Assembly: GCF_001194135.2 (NCBI RefSeq)
Contig: NC_068996.1
Location: forward strand, 10,268,360 to 10,315,478
DNA length: 47,119 nucleotides
From: Octopus bimaculoides
Lineage: Eukaryota
Reading direction: 5' to 3'
Below, in pieces: positions 25,503-37,088 of this stretch (the first letter of the stretch is position 1; each line of letters opens with the position of its first letter). The position numbers and the translations under genes are program-made. A model generated the notes under the pieces. It made no database searches, had not been told where the DNA came from, and worked only from the letters and a program-made list of their open reading frames with translations.

Positions 25503-27799
25503 CTGAAAATATATTTTAAATGAAAATTTGATAACATAAAAAAATAATAATTTATTGTGTGTGTGTGTGTGTGTGTNNNNNNNNNNNNNNNNNNNNNNNN
25601 NNNNNNNNNNNNNNNNNNNNNNNNNNNNNNNNNNNNNNNNNNNNNNNNNNNNNNNNNNNNNNNNNNNNNNNNNNNNNNNNNNNNNNNNNNNNNNNNNNNN
25701 NNNNNNNNNNNNNNNNNNNNNNNNNNNNNNNNNNNNNNNNNNNNNNNNNNNNNNNNNNNNNNNNNNNNNNNNNNNNNNNNNNNNNNNNNNNNNNNNNNNN
25801 NNNNNNNNNNNNNNNNNNNNNNNNNNNNNNNNNNNNNNNNNNNNNNNNNNNNNNNNNNNNNNNNNNNNNNNNNNNNNNNNNNNNNNNNNNNNNNNNNNNN
25901 NNNNNNNNNNNNNNNNNNNNNNNNNNNNNNNNNNNNNNNNNNNNNNNNNNNNNNNNNNNNNNNNNNNNNNNNNNNNNNNNNNNNNNNNNNNNNNNNNNNN
26001 NNNNNNNNNNNNNNNNNNNNNNNNNNNNNNNNNNNNNNNNNNNNNNNNNNNNNNNNNNNNNNNNNNNNNNNNNNNNNNNNNNNNNNNNNNNNNNNNNNNN
26101 NNNNNNNNNNNNNNNNNNNNNNNNNNNNNNNNNNNNNNNNNNNNNNNNNNNNNNNNNNTATTAAAGGAAAAAAAAAATATTCACAATAGCTACTATCCTT
26201 ATGTGCAATATATATGGCTGTAGAGTTTCAATTTATTCTGTAAACAATCTCACTGACTTGTAAAATGATTCCAGTAGACTAGCAAGTTTAAGAATGCAGA
26301 CAGATACATGAATTCTGGTTACCTCAAAATATTACAGAATTATTGCTTGAGCACATTTGAGTATTTCTCATGTACCCAATGCTTTTATATGTTTTTTTTT
26401 TTTCTCTAGGAAACATTGGTCATGCAATCAAGAGCAATAGTCTTGATATATCGATTTCAAATTTTGGCACAAGGCCAGCAACTTCAGGGGAGAGATTAAA
26501 TTGATTACATCAACCCCAGTGTTCAACTGGTACTTTATTTTATTAACTCCAAAAAGATGAAAAGTGAAATTGGTGGAATTTGAAGACAAAAGGTAAAGAC
26601 AGGCAAAATGCTTAATGGCATTTTGCCTGGCATGCTAACAAGTCTGCCTGCTTACCACTTTAGAGTTTTGATATATTCAGTTGTGTAAGGAATCATCATT
26701 GAGACAGTTCACAAAGAGAGAGAAATACAGGTGATCACTGAAATAGCTAGCTGATCTCAGGTTTCTGAGTCAAAGCATCTTTCTGTATATTCATAAGAAC
26801 AAGCAAAGTGTTGAAGAAAAACATGTTATACTAAGAAGGACAATTGCAGCTTTGAGAGGGCCATCACATGCAGATGGCTTCAAGAACTTGCAGTACCAAG
26901 CCTGTTTTTAATGACAGGTACAGTCACAAGCAGTTGACTTGAGCCAATGAAAAGCAGGAACAGCATGTTGAGTAATAGCTCAATTTTCTGATATAATTTT
27001 CTATGAAAACCAAAGTTGCAAAGTTTGGAAGTAGACAGGGGAAGCATAACACCCCAGTTGTTTGTATTCCAGTATCACGTTACCATAATCAGTAAGTGGT
27101 GCCATGTAATATGCAAGTACCAAATTTTCTGGGAATAAGTCAAATTTTTCAAACTAACATTTACATCCCAAAATTATACACCAAGATGACTTTAGAGAAC
27201 CCTAAATTCTATGCGAAATGCAGCAAGACTTGGAAAGCTAGTGATGATGCTTCACTGCTTACACAACATGTTTACACGATATACTAAGTTGATTTGTATG
27301 TCATGAAATACAATATTTTCTTCCTTCCTGGGTCATATAAACTCATAGGGCTGGTTTCCTGATTTCCACAGTGCATATATTCCTTCTCTGGATGGGATGC
27401 TGGTCTGCCACAAGATTACTCATTTTTGCCAGCTGAGCAGACTGGATCTACGTGAAATGAAGAGTCTTGCTCAAGAACACAGCACATCGCCAAGTCCAGG
27501 AATCGAGATCACAATCATGAGCCCAACACCCTAACCACTAAGCCATGCACCTCCATAATATTTTCTTCATGGTTACCAAATACACTTACATGGCACTGTT
27601 TAGTTTGGGGCTATATCAGAAGACATTTGTCCAAAGTGCCACACAGTAGGACTGAAACTGAAACCACATGGTTGAGAAGCAAACTTCTTAACCACACAGC
27701 CATAATTGCACCTCTTTTTGTTTTCACTTTTGCTTATTTGTTAATAAGCATGAATACAAATGAATCTAACAGATTTTGTATGGTTTCAAATCACTTTAA

Positions 27800-28017
27800 C
27801 CCTTTAACATTCAAATTATTCAGTCAAATGTAATTCTTATTTATTCACATTGTTTTGAATTAATCATGCATTATCTTGTAGCTTTGAGATTTCAATTATG
27901 TGACAGTATATTCATAGAACGACATTGTGGGGTAGGTGTGAGGTCAGATCTGGCCAGCTTGAACATAAAACAGGTAAAATAATTTGGCTGGATATGGCCA
28001 GTTAAAATGCTAAAAGG
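27800..28017. mobile_element. TTAA-flanked MITE
   Basis: TTAA+CCCTTTAACATT ... AATGCTAAAAGG+TTAA. Partial reverse copy at about 14110-14305. Confidence 0.8.
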
Positions 28018-28509
28018 TTAATGACTCTTCCATGATGAATGGTCTCAGTTTCAACCCATGATTTCTGATCAAGTCACTTACCAAATATAAACAGAACTAA
28101 TGAGTCTAAAACTGTAAAAGACTCAATAATTATTATAGACAAAAAAAAAAATAGAGAGAGATAGAGAGAATGACATTGAATCCTCATCAGATGTTTTGTT
28201 ACTGGATTTATGATTTTAATAGAAATGAAGATAGCAAATAAATTTCTTTCATTTCTTTCTTAAGCAACTGAATTTATTTTAGCAAGAATTTAATGTTTCT
28301 TTAGCTCTTTAGTGCTTAACTCTTTTGATATTAACCCACCTGAGGCTACACCTGATTCTATGATATAAACTCCTTGTTTTAAAGTAATCTAAATTAAAAC
28401 CTTCCAGCAAAATTTCATGTTAATTTTAGGTTATCTCCACAGATATTCCATAGAAATTATAGCTAGCACTTATTTTTGTTATGACATTTCATATCTGGGA
28501 TGTCAGATT

Positions 28510-28989
28510 TGCAAAGACCTGTTGAGGCAAGTGAAATCGAAACCGAACTAAATTCGACAACTGGCACCCATGCCAATGTCGTCTCCTTCATTGGACACGA
28601 AACTCAGCTTGCGAAGACTTATTGGGGCAAGTGAAAGCGAAATCGGCCCAGCGTGGCCTTTCTGGCACTTGTGCCCGTGGCATGTGTAATGGACTTTCGA
28701 GCGAGATCGTTGCCAGTGCCCCTGGAGTGGCTCTTGTGCGGGTGGCACATAAAATACACCATTTTAAGCATGGCCATTGCCAGTACCGCCTGACTGGCCT
28801 TCGTGCAGGTAGCACGTAAAAAGCACCCACTACACTCTCTGAGTGGTTGGCGTTAGGAAGGGCATCCAGCTGTAGAAACTGCCAGATCAGATTGGAGCCT
28901 GGTGTAGCCATCTGGTTTCACCAGTCCTCAGTCAAATCGTCCAACCCATGCTAGCATGGAAAGCGGACGTTAAATGATGATGATGATGA
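28510..28989 (+). mobile_element. RTE LINE 3' UTR copy
   Basis: Reverse complement of 6016-6600; (GAT)n tail. Confidence 0.85.
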
Positions 28990-29311
28990 ATGAGATTGAA
29001 GATGAAAAAAATGGGTAATGGGTGCACATGATATATATCTCATGAGATTTTGATCCTTCATCAGACCCCATTCAACACATTAATTATCCATGAACTCATT
29101 GCTTAAATAGCCATTAAATATAGTGGTCTAACATAATTGGATATGCCAATTTACATATTAAAACACATTCCTGGAAGCTGGTACATAAATATTAATGACT
29201 TGCAGGGATGCCGTGTTTTGTCATGCAACCGTAATTTCTAAAGAATATCTGTAGAGAAAACCTTAACAAGTGATGTAAAGTGAATTGCTAACACAGTGGA
29301 ACACAGTATTG

Positions 29312-29519
29312 ACTTACTCTTTTACTTGTTTCAGTCATTTGACTGTGGCCATGCTGGAGCACCGCCTTTAGTCGAGCAAATCGACCCCAGGACCTAACCT
29401 ATTCTTTGTAAGCCTAGTACTTATTCTTTCGGTCTCTTTTTGCTGAACTGCTAAGTTACGGGGACATAAACACACCAACATCAGTTGTCAAACAATGGTG
29501 GGGGAACAAACACAGACGC

Positions 29520-29554
<35 letters not shown>

Positions 29555-30018
29555 CGACGGACTTCTTTCAGTTTCTGTCTACCAAATCCACTCACAAGGC
29601 TTTGGTCGATCCAAGGCTATAGTAGAAGACACCTGCGCAAGGTGCCACACAGTGGAACTGAACCCGGAACCATAAAAATCATTTCATTAGTGTCGGTGAC
29701 TGAGCAATCTTCCAGACACGTGTACCCGTACTGCAATCTTCAGACACAATCAGTGCGACACAATGTAACACTGTGTGACAAGGTGGGATATTTAAATTGC
29801 AGGTACAGTCCATTCGATGGACTTCGGGCGATCCTATGGCGGCTATGGTAAAAAACATTCAAGTTGTTATGAAGTAAAGATTGAATCCTAGACATCATGA
29901 TTTGAAAAACGAACTTCTTAACTACTCCGCATATACACAAGTATATGCATTTTTTCAATCTATCTACCATGTGCTTCGTAAGCAAGCTACTTACCACACA
30001 GCCACTCCTACGCCTACT
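29312..30018 (-). mobile_element. SINE family 1 split by a 292-bp insertion
   Basis: The SINE consensus gaaccat|gtg is broken at 29673 and resumes at 29966. Confidence 0.8.
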
Positions 30019-30840
30019 TATAAAAACATTTAATATACATTATAGTATATTATGGTGGCACAATGAAATACCACGTTCCAACAAATCATTAATGCAAATT
30101 TATTTTTCAAACATCAGCTTTGTAATGATAAAGTTATTTTACCAAATTTTTCTTTATTATCAAATTAACTGAAACAAAAACAGTATGTTTCAACAGGAAT
30201 ATGGTAACAAAAGGGTAACCAGGCTTATCGGTGCAAATATTCTACTTGTTTTATGTCCAAACTGGCCTCTTTCACCTACACTAAAATATTTTATGAATAA
30301 ACAATTATATCATTGAAATCTTGAAACCATGAGATAATGAATGATTAATTAAAAATATTGTGAATAAATAAGTATTAAATTTTACATAGTAATCTGTGAA
30401 AGTTAAAGAGCATTGAGTTAAGGGGAAAAAATCCCCTAAATACATAGAGGCTAATAAACTAATCCATTGAAAAATAGTATAAAATACCAAATAAAATGCA
30501 AGTACCACAAGTATATCTCAATCAGCCTGTTTTATTTTGGATATGATCAAAGAATTTGACTGTGAAAGGCACATTATTCTCTTTTCAATAAGAACATCTC
30601 TTGAAATGAACAGCTTGATGTTTTAAAATAATGTTACATGATGTTAAAATCTAATGGTAATATTTCAGTTTGGAAGAGAATAAGACGTTTTTTTTTTGTA
30701 TAATTTAAGATTTGGTGTCCCTAAAAAAAGTAGCAGACAGTAAAATTAACAAGAATATAACAAAATGTTAAATTACAAATACAATGAAGGTGAAAATAAG
30801 ATCTTGGACGGAATTCTGGATTAAACATCCCATATAATCC

Positions 30841-31288
30841 CTCGTAACTTTTTTTGTCCTTTTTTTGGAATTTTCAGAAAATTTTTCTGAATTTGCTTTC
30901 TACACATAGGAATTCATATGATTATGCAAAAACCAAAATATTTTGTGTGTGTGATTTAAGGGCTATTTAGCTGTTATTTTTAACACATCTCACAACCACC
31001 TGATACCCTCCTCATTTTTTCTGTCACTCTGATTTATCAATGTTTTTCAATATCTTTCTCTCCATAAACAGATTTAATAGTATTTTGCTGAAATTTAAGC
31101 AAAAAACTCGGACTGTCTGTATTTTAAACGCTGATTTTTAAAAATTCGAAAAATTAAAAAAATTTTTTTTTAATTCAAAAATTTTTTAAAAAGAATGTTT
31201 CCCTCCTAATCATATGAATTCCTGTATGTAACATGCAAATTCCCAAAAAATTTCTGAAAATTCCACAAAATAAAAAAAGTTATGAGTA
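30841..31288. mobile_element. MITE with about 80-bp TIRs
   Basis: ctcgtaactttttt...ggaattttcagaaa...aggaattcatatgatta is mirrored by taatcatatgaattcct...tttctgaaaattcc...aaaaaagttatgag. Confidence 0.75.
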
Positions 31289-32240
31289 CAACGTAGTTAT
31301 GAGTTCAAATCTTACTAATGTCTCAATTATGTTGTATTCTTGGACAAGCAACACAATCTGCATACTACACATTCATGTTTTCTTCACAGAATGATGGGAA
31401 TGGTGTTTAACTGTAAAAACAATTTGCCAAACCTAATTTATTTTGTACATTTTAATATAAAATGGGTTGTGAGCTGTCAAAACAATTTGTCAAATAAAAA
31501 TCCCTCAAGCCATACTAACATGATAAAATGTATGCCCTTTCCTCACCTAAGAGAAAAAAAAAAACATTAAAATATATTTATACACTAATATTTAAAGTTT
31601 ACCTTACATTTGAATAAATTGTTATTAGACTCTATTCCCTTTAAACATAAAACAGAAGACTTTAACATAAACATATGCACATAGACATATATATATATAT
31701 ATATANNNNNNNNNNNNNNNNNNNNNNNNNNNNNNNNNNNNNNNNNNNNNNNNNNNNNNNNNNNNNNNNNNNNNNNNNNNNNNNNNNNNNNNNNNNNNNN
31801 NNNNNNNNNNNNNNNNNNNNNNNNNNNNNNNNNNNNNNNNNNNNNNNNNNNNNNNNNNNNNNNNNNNNNNNNNNNNNNNNNNNNNNNNNNNNNNNNNNNN
31901 NNNNNNNNNNNNNNNNNNNNNNNNNNNNNNNNNNNNNNNNNNNNNNNNNNNNNNNNNNNNNNNNNNNNNNNNNNNNNNNNNNNNNNNNNNNNNNNNNNNN
32001 NNNNNNNNNNNNNNNNNNNNNNNNNNNNNNNNNNNNNNNNNNNNNNNNNNNNNNNNNNNNNNNNNNNNNNNNNNNNNNNNNNNNNNNNNNNNNNNNNNNN
32101 NNNNNNNNNNNNNNNNNNNNNNNNNNNNNNNNNNNNNNNNNNNNNNNNNNNNNNNNNNNNNNNNNNNNNNNNNNNNNNNNNNNNNNNNNNNNNNNNNNNN
32201 NNNNNNNNNNNNNNNNNNNNNNNNNNNNNNNNNNNNNNNN

Positions 32241-32285
<45 letters not shown>

Positions 32286-32460
32286 TACAGAGAGAGAGAG
32301 AGAGAGAGAGATAAGTAAAGTTAATCGCTACATCAATATGGCTGTTTCTGTTTTAACTCCAGGCAGATCTTTTGCCAGTTGGTTATAGGTGCAGCCTGCC
32401 CTCTGTATAAATTGCAAGCAGGGGAGTGAACCCTTACTGCTGTCCAGTAAATGATGGGAT

Positions 32461-32508
32461 CATGAGACCGACTCAGTTTTGAGCTAGTTTTGCTTATCAT
32501 CAGTCGCA
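32461..32508 (-). ncRNA. Type I hammerhead motif, degenerate (G12>A, G10.1>A)
   Basis: UGCGA-CUGAUGA-U-AAGC(AAAACUA)GCUC-AAAAC-UGA-G-UCG-GUC-UCAUG. Confidence 0.7.
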
Positions 32509-32880
32509 AACACCCTGTCACTAGAGAGATGGTCACAGTCCACTTCAGCTATTAATATATAGAAAACAAAGTGGCCATCAGTCACTGGCTTGCAACAAAA
32601 AAAGTAACTAGCTGTAAAATTTCAATAAGAGATCATAGTAGTAACTATACTAACAAGTAAAGTTAATCACCACATCAATATGGCTGTTCAATGTTACAAT
32701 TAGTTTAACCCCGGGCAGATCTTCCTCCAGCTGCACCCTGTAGTATAGTTACTACACTCATCTGTTATTGAGATTTTACAGCTAGTTACTTTGTTGCAAA
32801 TCAGTGACCGATGGTTACCTTGTTTTCTATATACTGATAACTGAAGCAGACTTTGGTCATCTTTCTAGTGACCAGATGTC

Positions 32881-32928
32881 TGTGACTGAGGAGGAGTAAA
32901 ATTAGCTTGAAACCAAGTTGGTCTTGTC
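32881..32928 (+). ncRNA. Type I hammerhead motif, core intact, GUC cleavage triplet (C17 = 32923)
   Basis: UGUGA-CUGAGGA-G-GAGU(AAAAUUA)GCUU-GAAAC-CAA-G-UUG-GUC-UUGU. Confidence 0.75.
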
Positions 32929-33757
32929 ATCCCATTGTCTGCTAGAGGGTAGTAGGGATTCACTTCCCTGCTTGCAATATATACAGGGTGCAAGCTGCAC
33001 CTATAACCAGCTGGCAGAAGATCTGCCTGGGGTTAAACTAGTAGTATCATTGAACAGCAAAATTGATATGACAATTAACTTTACTTGTTACTATAGTTAC
33101 TACTCTCATCTCTTGTTGAGATTTTACAACTATATACATACATATACACACACACATGTATATATACTTACTGTTAACAAAAGTCAGGATGCATGGCGTT
33201 CAGTTACTCAATAAATGTAAAATGCATTAAATACTACAAAAGGTACAGCTAGGACAGACAGAGAAGGACCGTAGTTCTTCATCAGTTATTGACCAAAAAA
33301 AAAAATTAATATTGCATTATGTGATTTAGTTGTTTCCTCAGGTGATATGTAAATATTGTTTCCGTAAGTTCAAAAACTTTGGCTTCTAGAACATCCTCTC
33401 TGAATATACCATAACTACACACACACACACATATCTCACACATATATACATAAATATATATATATTTACATTCACATATATACATAAATATATATATATA
33501 TATATTTACATCCACATATATACATAAATATATATATATATTTACATCCACATATATACATAAATATATATATATATACATACATACACATATACATAAA
33601 TATATATATATATACATACATACACATATATACATACACACACATATATACATAAATATATATATACATACACACACATATATACATAAATATATATATA
33701 CATACACACACATATATACATAAATATATATATACATACACACACATATATACATAA

Positions 33758-33788
<31 letters not shown>

Positions 33789-34192
33789 CACACATATATA
33801 TCTATTTATCCACATATATATACAATCATATACATACACACACACACATATTTCTTTTATTCTTTGACTCGTTTCAGTTATTTGATTGTGGCCATGCTGG
33901 GGTATCGCCTTGAAGAGTTTTTAGTCAATAAAACTGATCCCAGGACTTATTTTTTTGTAAGCCTAGCACTTATTCTATCAGTCCTTTTGTCAAACTGCTA
34001 GGTTACAGGGACATAAACACACCAACACCAATTGTCAAGCAATGATGGGAATGGAGGAAACAAACAGACACAAAGACTTTCACATATATATATACCGGGG
34101 TAAGCACATAAATGCAAAACAAAGTTGAAAAATAGTACTCGAATACCAGAGGGAGAGTAAAATGCTTTATTAAAAAGCAGCAAAATATTACA

Positions 34193-34238
34193 AAAACTGT
34201 TACTCAGAGTTTCACGTTTCCGTTCATTGGTCAGTTTT
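34193..34238 (-). ncRNA. Type I hammerhead motif, degenerate (U4>C, G5>A)
   Basis: AAAACUGA-CCAAUGA-ACG(GAAA)CGU-GAAACU(CUG)AGUA-ACAGUUUU. Confidence 0.7.
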
Positions 34239-34268
34239 GTTTAGAATTTAGACAGTTTTGTTCTAAAC

Positions 34269-34314
34269 AAAACTGTCAGACGAACGGGAATGTGAAACTC
34301 CGAGTAACAGTTTT
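34269..34314 (+). ncRNA. Type I hammerhead motif with a single core lesion (U4>A)
   Basis: AAAACUGU-CAGACGA-ACG(GGAA)UGU-GAAACU(CCG)AGUA-ACAGUUUU; perfect 8-bp stem I. Confidence 0.8.
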
Positions 34315-34418
34315 TGTGATATTTTTCCTCCTTTTTAATAAAGCATATATCTCTACTTCTGGTATTCAAGAACTATTTTTCTACCTTGTTTTGCATTTAT
34401 GTGCTTACCCAGGTATAT

Positions 34419-34457
<39 letters not shown>

Positions 34458-34686
34458 GACAGGCTTTTTTCAGTTTCTGTCTACCAGAATCTACAGAAAA
34501 GGCTTTGGTCAGCCCGAAGTTATAGTAAAAGACACTTGCCCAACTGCCATGCAGTAAGACTGAGCCCAGAACCATGTGGTTGGAAAGAAAGCATCTTACC
34601 ACACAGCCACACCTTTACCTATATATATAATTTTCTTATTATTTTTAACAAATGTAAGATTAGCAAATATCCACATTAATACTCAC

Positions 34687-34737
34687 GAGAAAATGTATTT
34701 TCAGCAAACCTCAATAATAGGCAACTTTTACCAACAC
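34687..34737 (-). CDS. Rab35: Rab35 coding exon 2 (P-loop, GVGKSCLLLRFAENTFS)
   Basis: Acceptor ...ttgtaattccAG (ct at 34738-34739), donor GTGAGT (34681-34686). 51 nt, phase 1/1; its last C joins CA of the next exon to give CCA (Pro). Confidence 0.9.
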
Positions 34738-36385
34738 CTGGAATTACAAGACAAGAATTTTTAAGTACTTAGAAGGTGAAAAAAAAAAAAAGAAAAAAGA
34801 AGTGAATGGTATTCGTAACATTATTTCTTTACTTGTAGAAGATAGCAAGTCGGCAGGAATGGTAAAATGCAAAATTAAATGTTTCACAGTATCACCTAAA
34901 TCAGTAGAACCTGACAAAACTAATTATGCTCAATGTCAACAAACAATAATAATAATAATAATAATAAAAAGATCAAACAGTTGAAGAATGCATTCTACAT
35001 TGTAAGGAAAAAGAGACTTCTAACAGCAAGTTAGTTGTGTTCGTCTATGTTCTTCTGAGTTCAAAATTCATCCAAACTGCAGAGAATACACACCAGTAAT
35101 ATACCAAGATCATTTTATCATCATCATCATCGCCATTATTTTAACGTCCATTTTTCCATGCTTGCATGGGACGGACATAACTTGTTGAAGTAGGTTTATT
35201 TTCTTTTTACAGTCGGTTTTGAAACAAATTAATATGTACCTCATGGCTGAACATGATTCCATGGAAGGCAGGAAATGGACGACACTGTTTGTGAGACAGT
35301 GACACAACCATCACATGATACCAAAGACAAGGAAACACACACACACACACACACACAACAGGCTTCTTTCAGTTTCTGCTTAATATATCCACACACAAGG
35401 ATTTGTTTGGCCCTGCCTAAGTTGCCAAGCAGTGGGACTGAACCCAAAATCACATGGTTAAGAACAAACTTCTTAACCACACAGCCATATCTGTGTTCCA
35501 GCCTATATAAATATTTGTTTATAACAGGTACAAACCCTTGGGGTTTTTTGGGGTGTGGGAGTAGTAGTAATGGTGGAGAAGATAGTATGCTTGATTAAAT
35601 CAATTCCAGTACTTGACAAGTACTTTATTTCACTGACTCAGGTATGAAAGGTAAACTTGGCTTTCATAGGAATTGAACCTAGAACATAAAGGTTAATAAG
35701 TGTTCCAAGACATTTTGTCTGACACTTTCAGTTCCCTGCCAATCTTTCTCTTCTAAATATATACTTTGTCCCCCAGGGAAAGAAATTATCATCTCACCAA
35801 AGTCAACTTTGTCTTTCATCCTTCTGGGATCCATAAAAATCAAGTACTGCTCAAGTAGAGGAATTTATATAATTGACAATACCCATTCTCTAAATCCAAA
35901 GACTGAGTCAGCATTAGACAAATTCTGGTCAGTCTTCTGGAGTAGCTCCGTTGCATGACCTTTAGAGGCCCCCTGCAACATTTTGTTTTGAGGGCCCCAT
36001 CCCTTCAATCAAAATTCATAATCTACGCACATTTTATTCACAGCTATATTTTACTTTATTCTATCTGAAGTTCAATATTTCGCGTTATCCTAAAGAATAT
36101 CTTTAAAAGTACAAGTTAAATTTATTTAGGTCTATTACGAATTTCAATAAGTAAAACTTCCAGCTATGAATAAAAGAGCATTTTTATAATCCAGGCAACT
36201 TTCAAAGACAGACACGGTGCACTTTTTGCTTTGCGAAATCATCGATCAGTTCAGAATAATTAAGCTGAGGGCTAAGTTCATGTTTAATAGATGCCAAAGA
36301 CAATCCAGAAAGTCTGGTACATGTTTGTGGTACAATGTAATATTTTTACAAGAACTTTTGCAGGTACAATGTATTACTATTTTAT

Positions 36386-37088
36386 TTCCTCTTTTACTCT
36401 TTTACTTGTTTCAGTCATTTGACTGCGGCCATGCTGGAGCACCGCCTTTAGTCGAGCAAATCAACCCCAGGACTTATTCTTTGTTGTAAGCCTAGTACTT
36501 ATTCTATCGGTCTCTTTTGCCAAACCGCTAAGTTACGGGGACGTAAACACACCAGCACCGGTTGTCAAGTGATGTTGGGATGACAAACACAGAGACATAA
36601 ACATACACACACACATATATATATATATATATGTATATATTTTCGAGCGAGATCATTGCCAGTGCCCCTGGACTGGCTTGTGCGGGTGGCACATAAAAGA
36701 CACCATTTCGAGCGTGGCCGTTTTCGTGCGGGTGACACGTTAAAACACCCACTACACTCTCTGAGTGGTTGGCGTTAGGAAGGGCATCCAGCTGTAGAAA
36801 CTCTGCCAAATCAGACTGGAGCCTGGTGTTGCCATCCGGTTTCACCAGTCCTCAGTCAAATCGTCCAACCCATGCTAGCATGGAAAGCGGACGTTAAACG
36901 ATGATGATGATGATATATATATACGACGGGCTTCTTTCAGTTTCCGTCTACCAAATCCACTCACAAGGCTTTGATCGGCCTGGGGCTATAATAGAAGACA
37001 CTTGCCCAAAGTGCCACGCAGTGGGACTGAACCCAGAACCATGTGGTTCATAAGCAAGCTACTTACCACACAGCCACTCCTACGCCTA
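36386..37088 (-). mobile_element. SINE family 1 with a nested RTE 3' UTR copy (36642-36913, +)
   Basis: SINE halves 36386-36640 and 36914-37088; the insert sits in the SINE (TA)n tract. Confidence 0.9.

Larger units (their letters stand above)
32313..33132. mobile_element. Inverted array of a ~342-348 bp tandem unit carrying hammerhead motifs (retrozyme-like)
   Basis: aagtaaagttaatc at 32313 and 32655 (period 342). Inverted tatagttactac at 32744 and 33092 (period 348). Orientation switches at about 32740. Confidence 0.8.
34095..34413. mobile_element. Fold-back element (arms about 152 bp, 14-nt spacer), Penelope-like, inserted in (TA)n
   Basis: Arms 34095-34246 and 34261-34413, roughly 85% identical by eye. 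Each arm carries a hammerhead motif. Confidence 0.8.
33856..34615 (-). mobile_element. SINE family 1 hosting a fold-back insertion in its microsatellite
   Basis: Tail at about 33856, head at about 34615, interrupted at 34095-34413. Confidence 0.8.
14556..34737 (-). other. Rab35: Rab35 small GTPase gene, visible coding span (exons 2-5); first and last coding exons not visible
   Basis: Spliced translation: (G)[154 protein letters not shown] and KRWLHEI are Rab35-diagnostic. Exon sizes 51/124/125/125 match the human RAB35 internal exons as I recall them. Confidence 0.93.

Noticed and set aside
29030-29070. CTGATGA motifs on the minus strand at about 29065, 28190 and 33283
   Set aside because: No GAAA at the required position and no supporting stems.
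33306-33845. Long YIYI/CVCV-type ORFs here and at 18098, 38693-39313 and 42536-42966
   Set aside because: Translations of TA/CA/TATG microsatellites; not coding.
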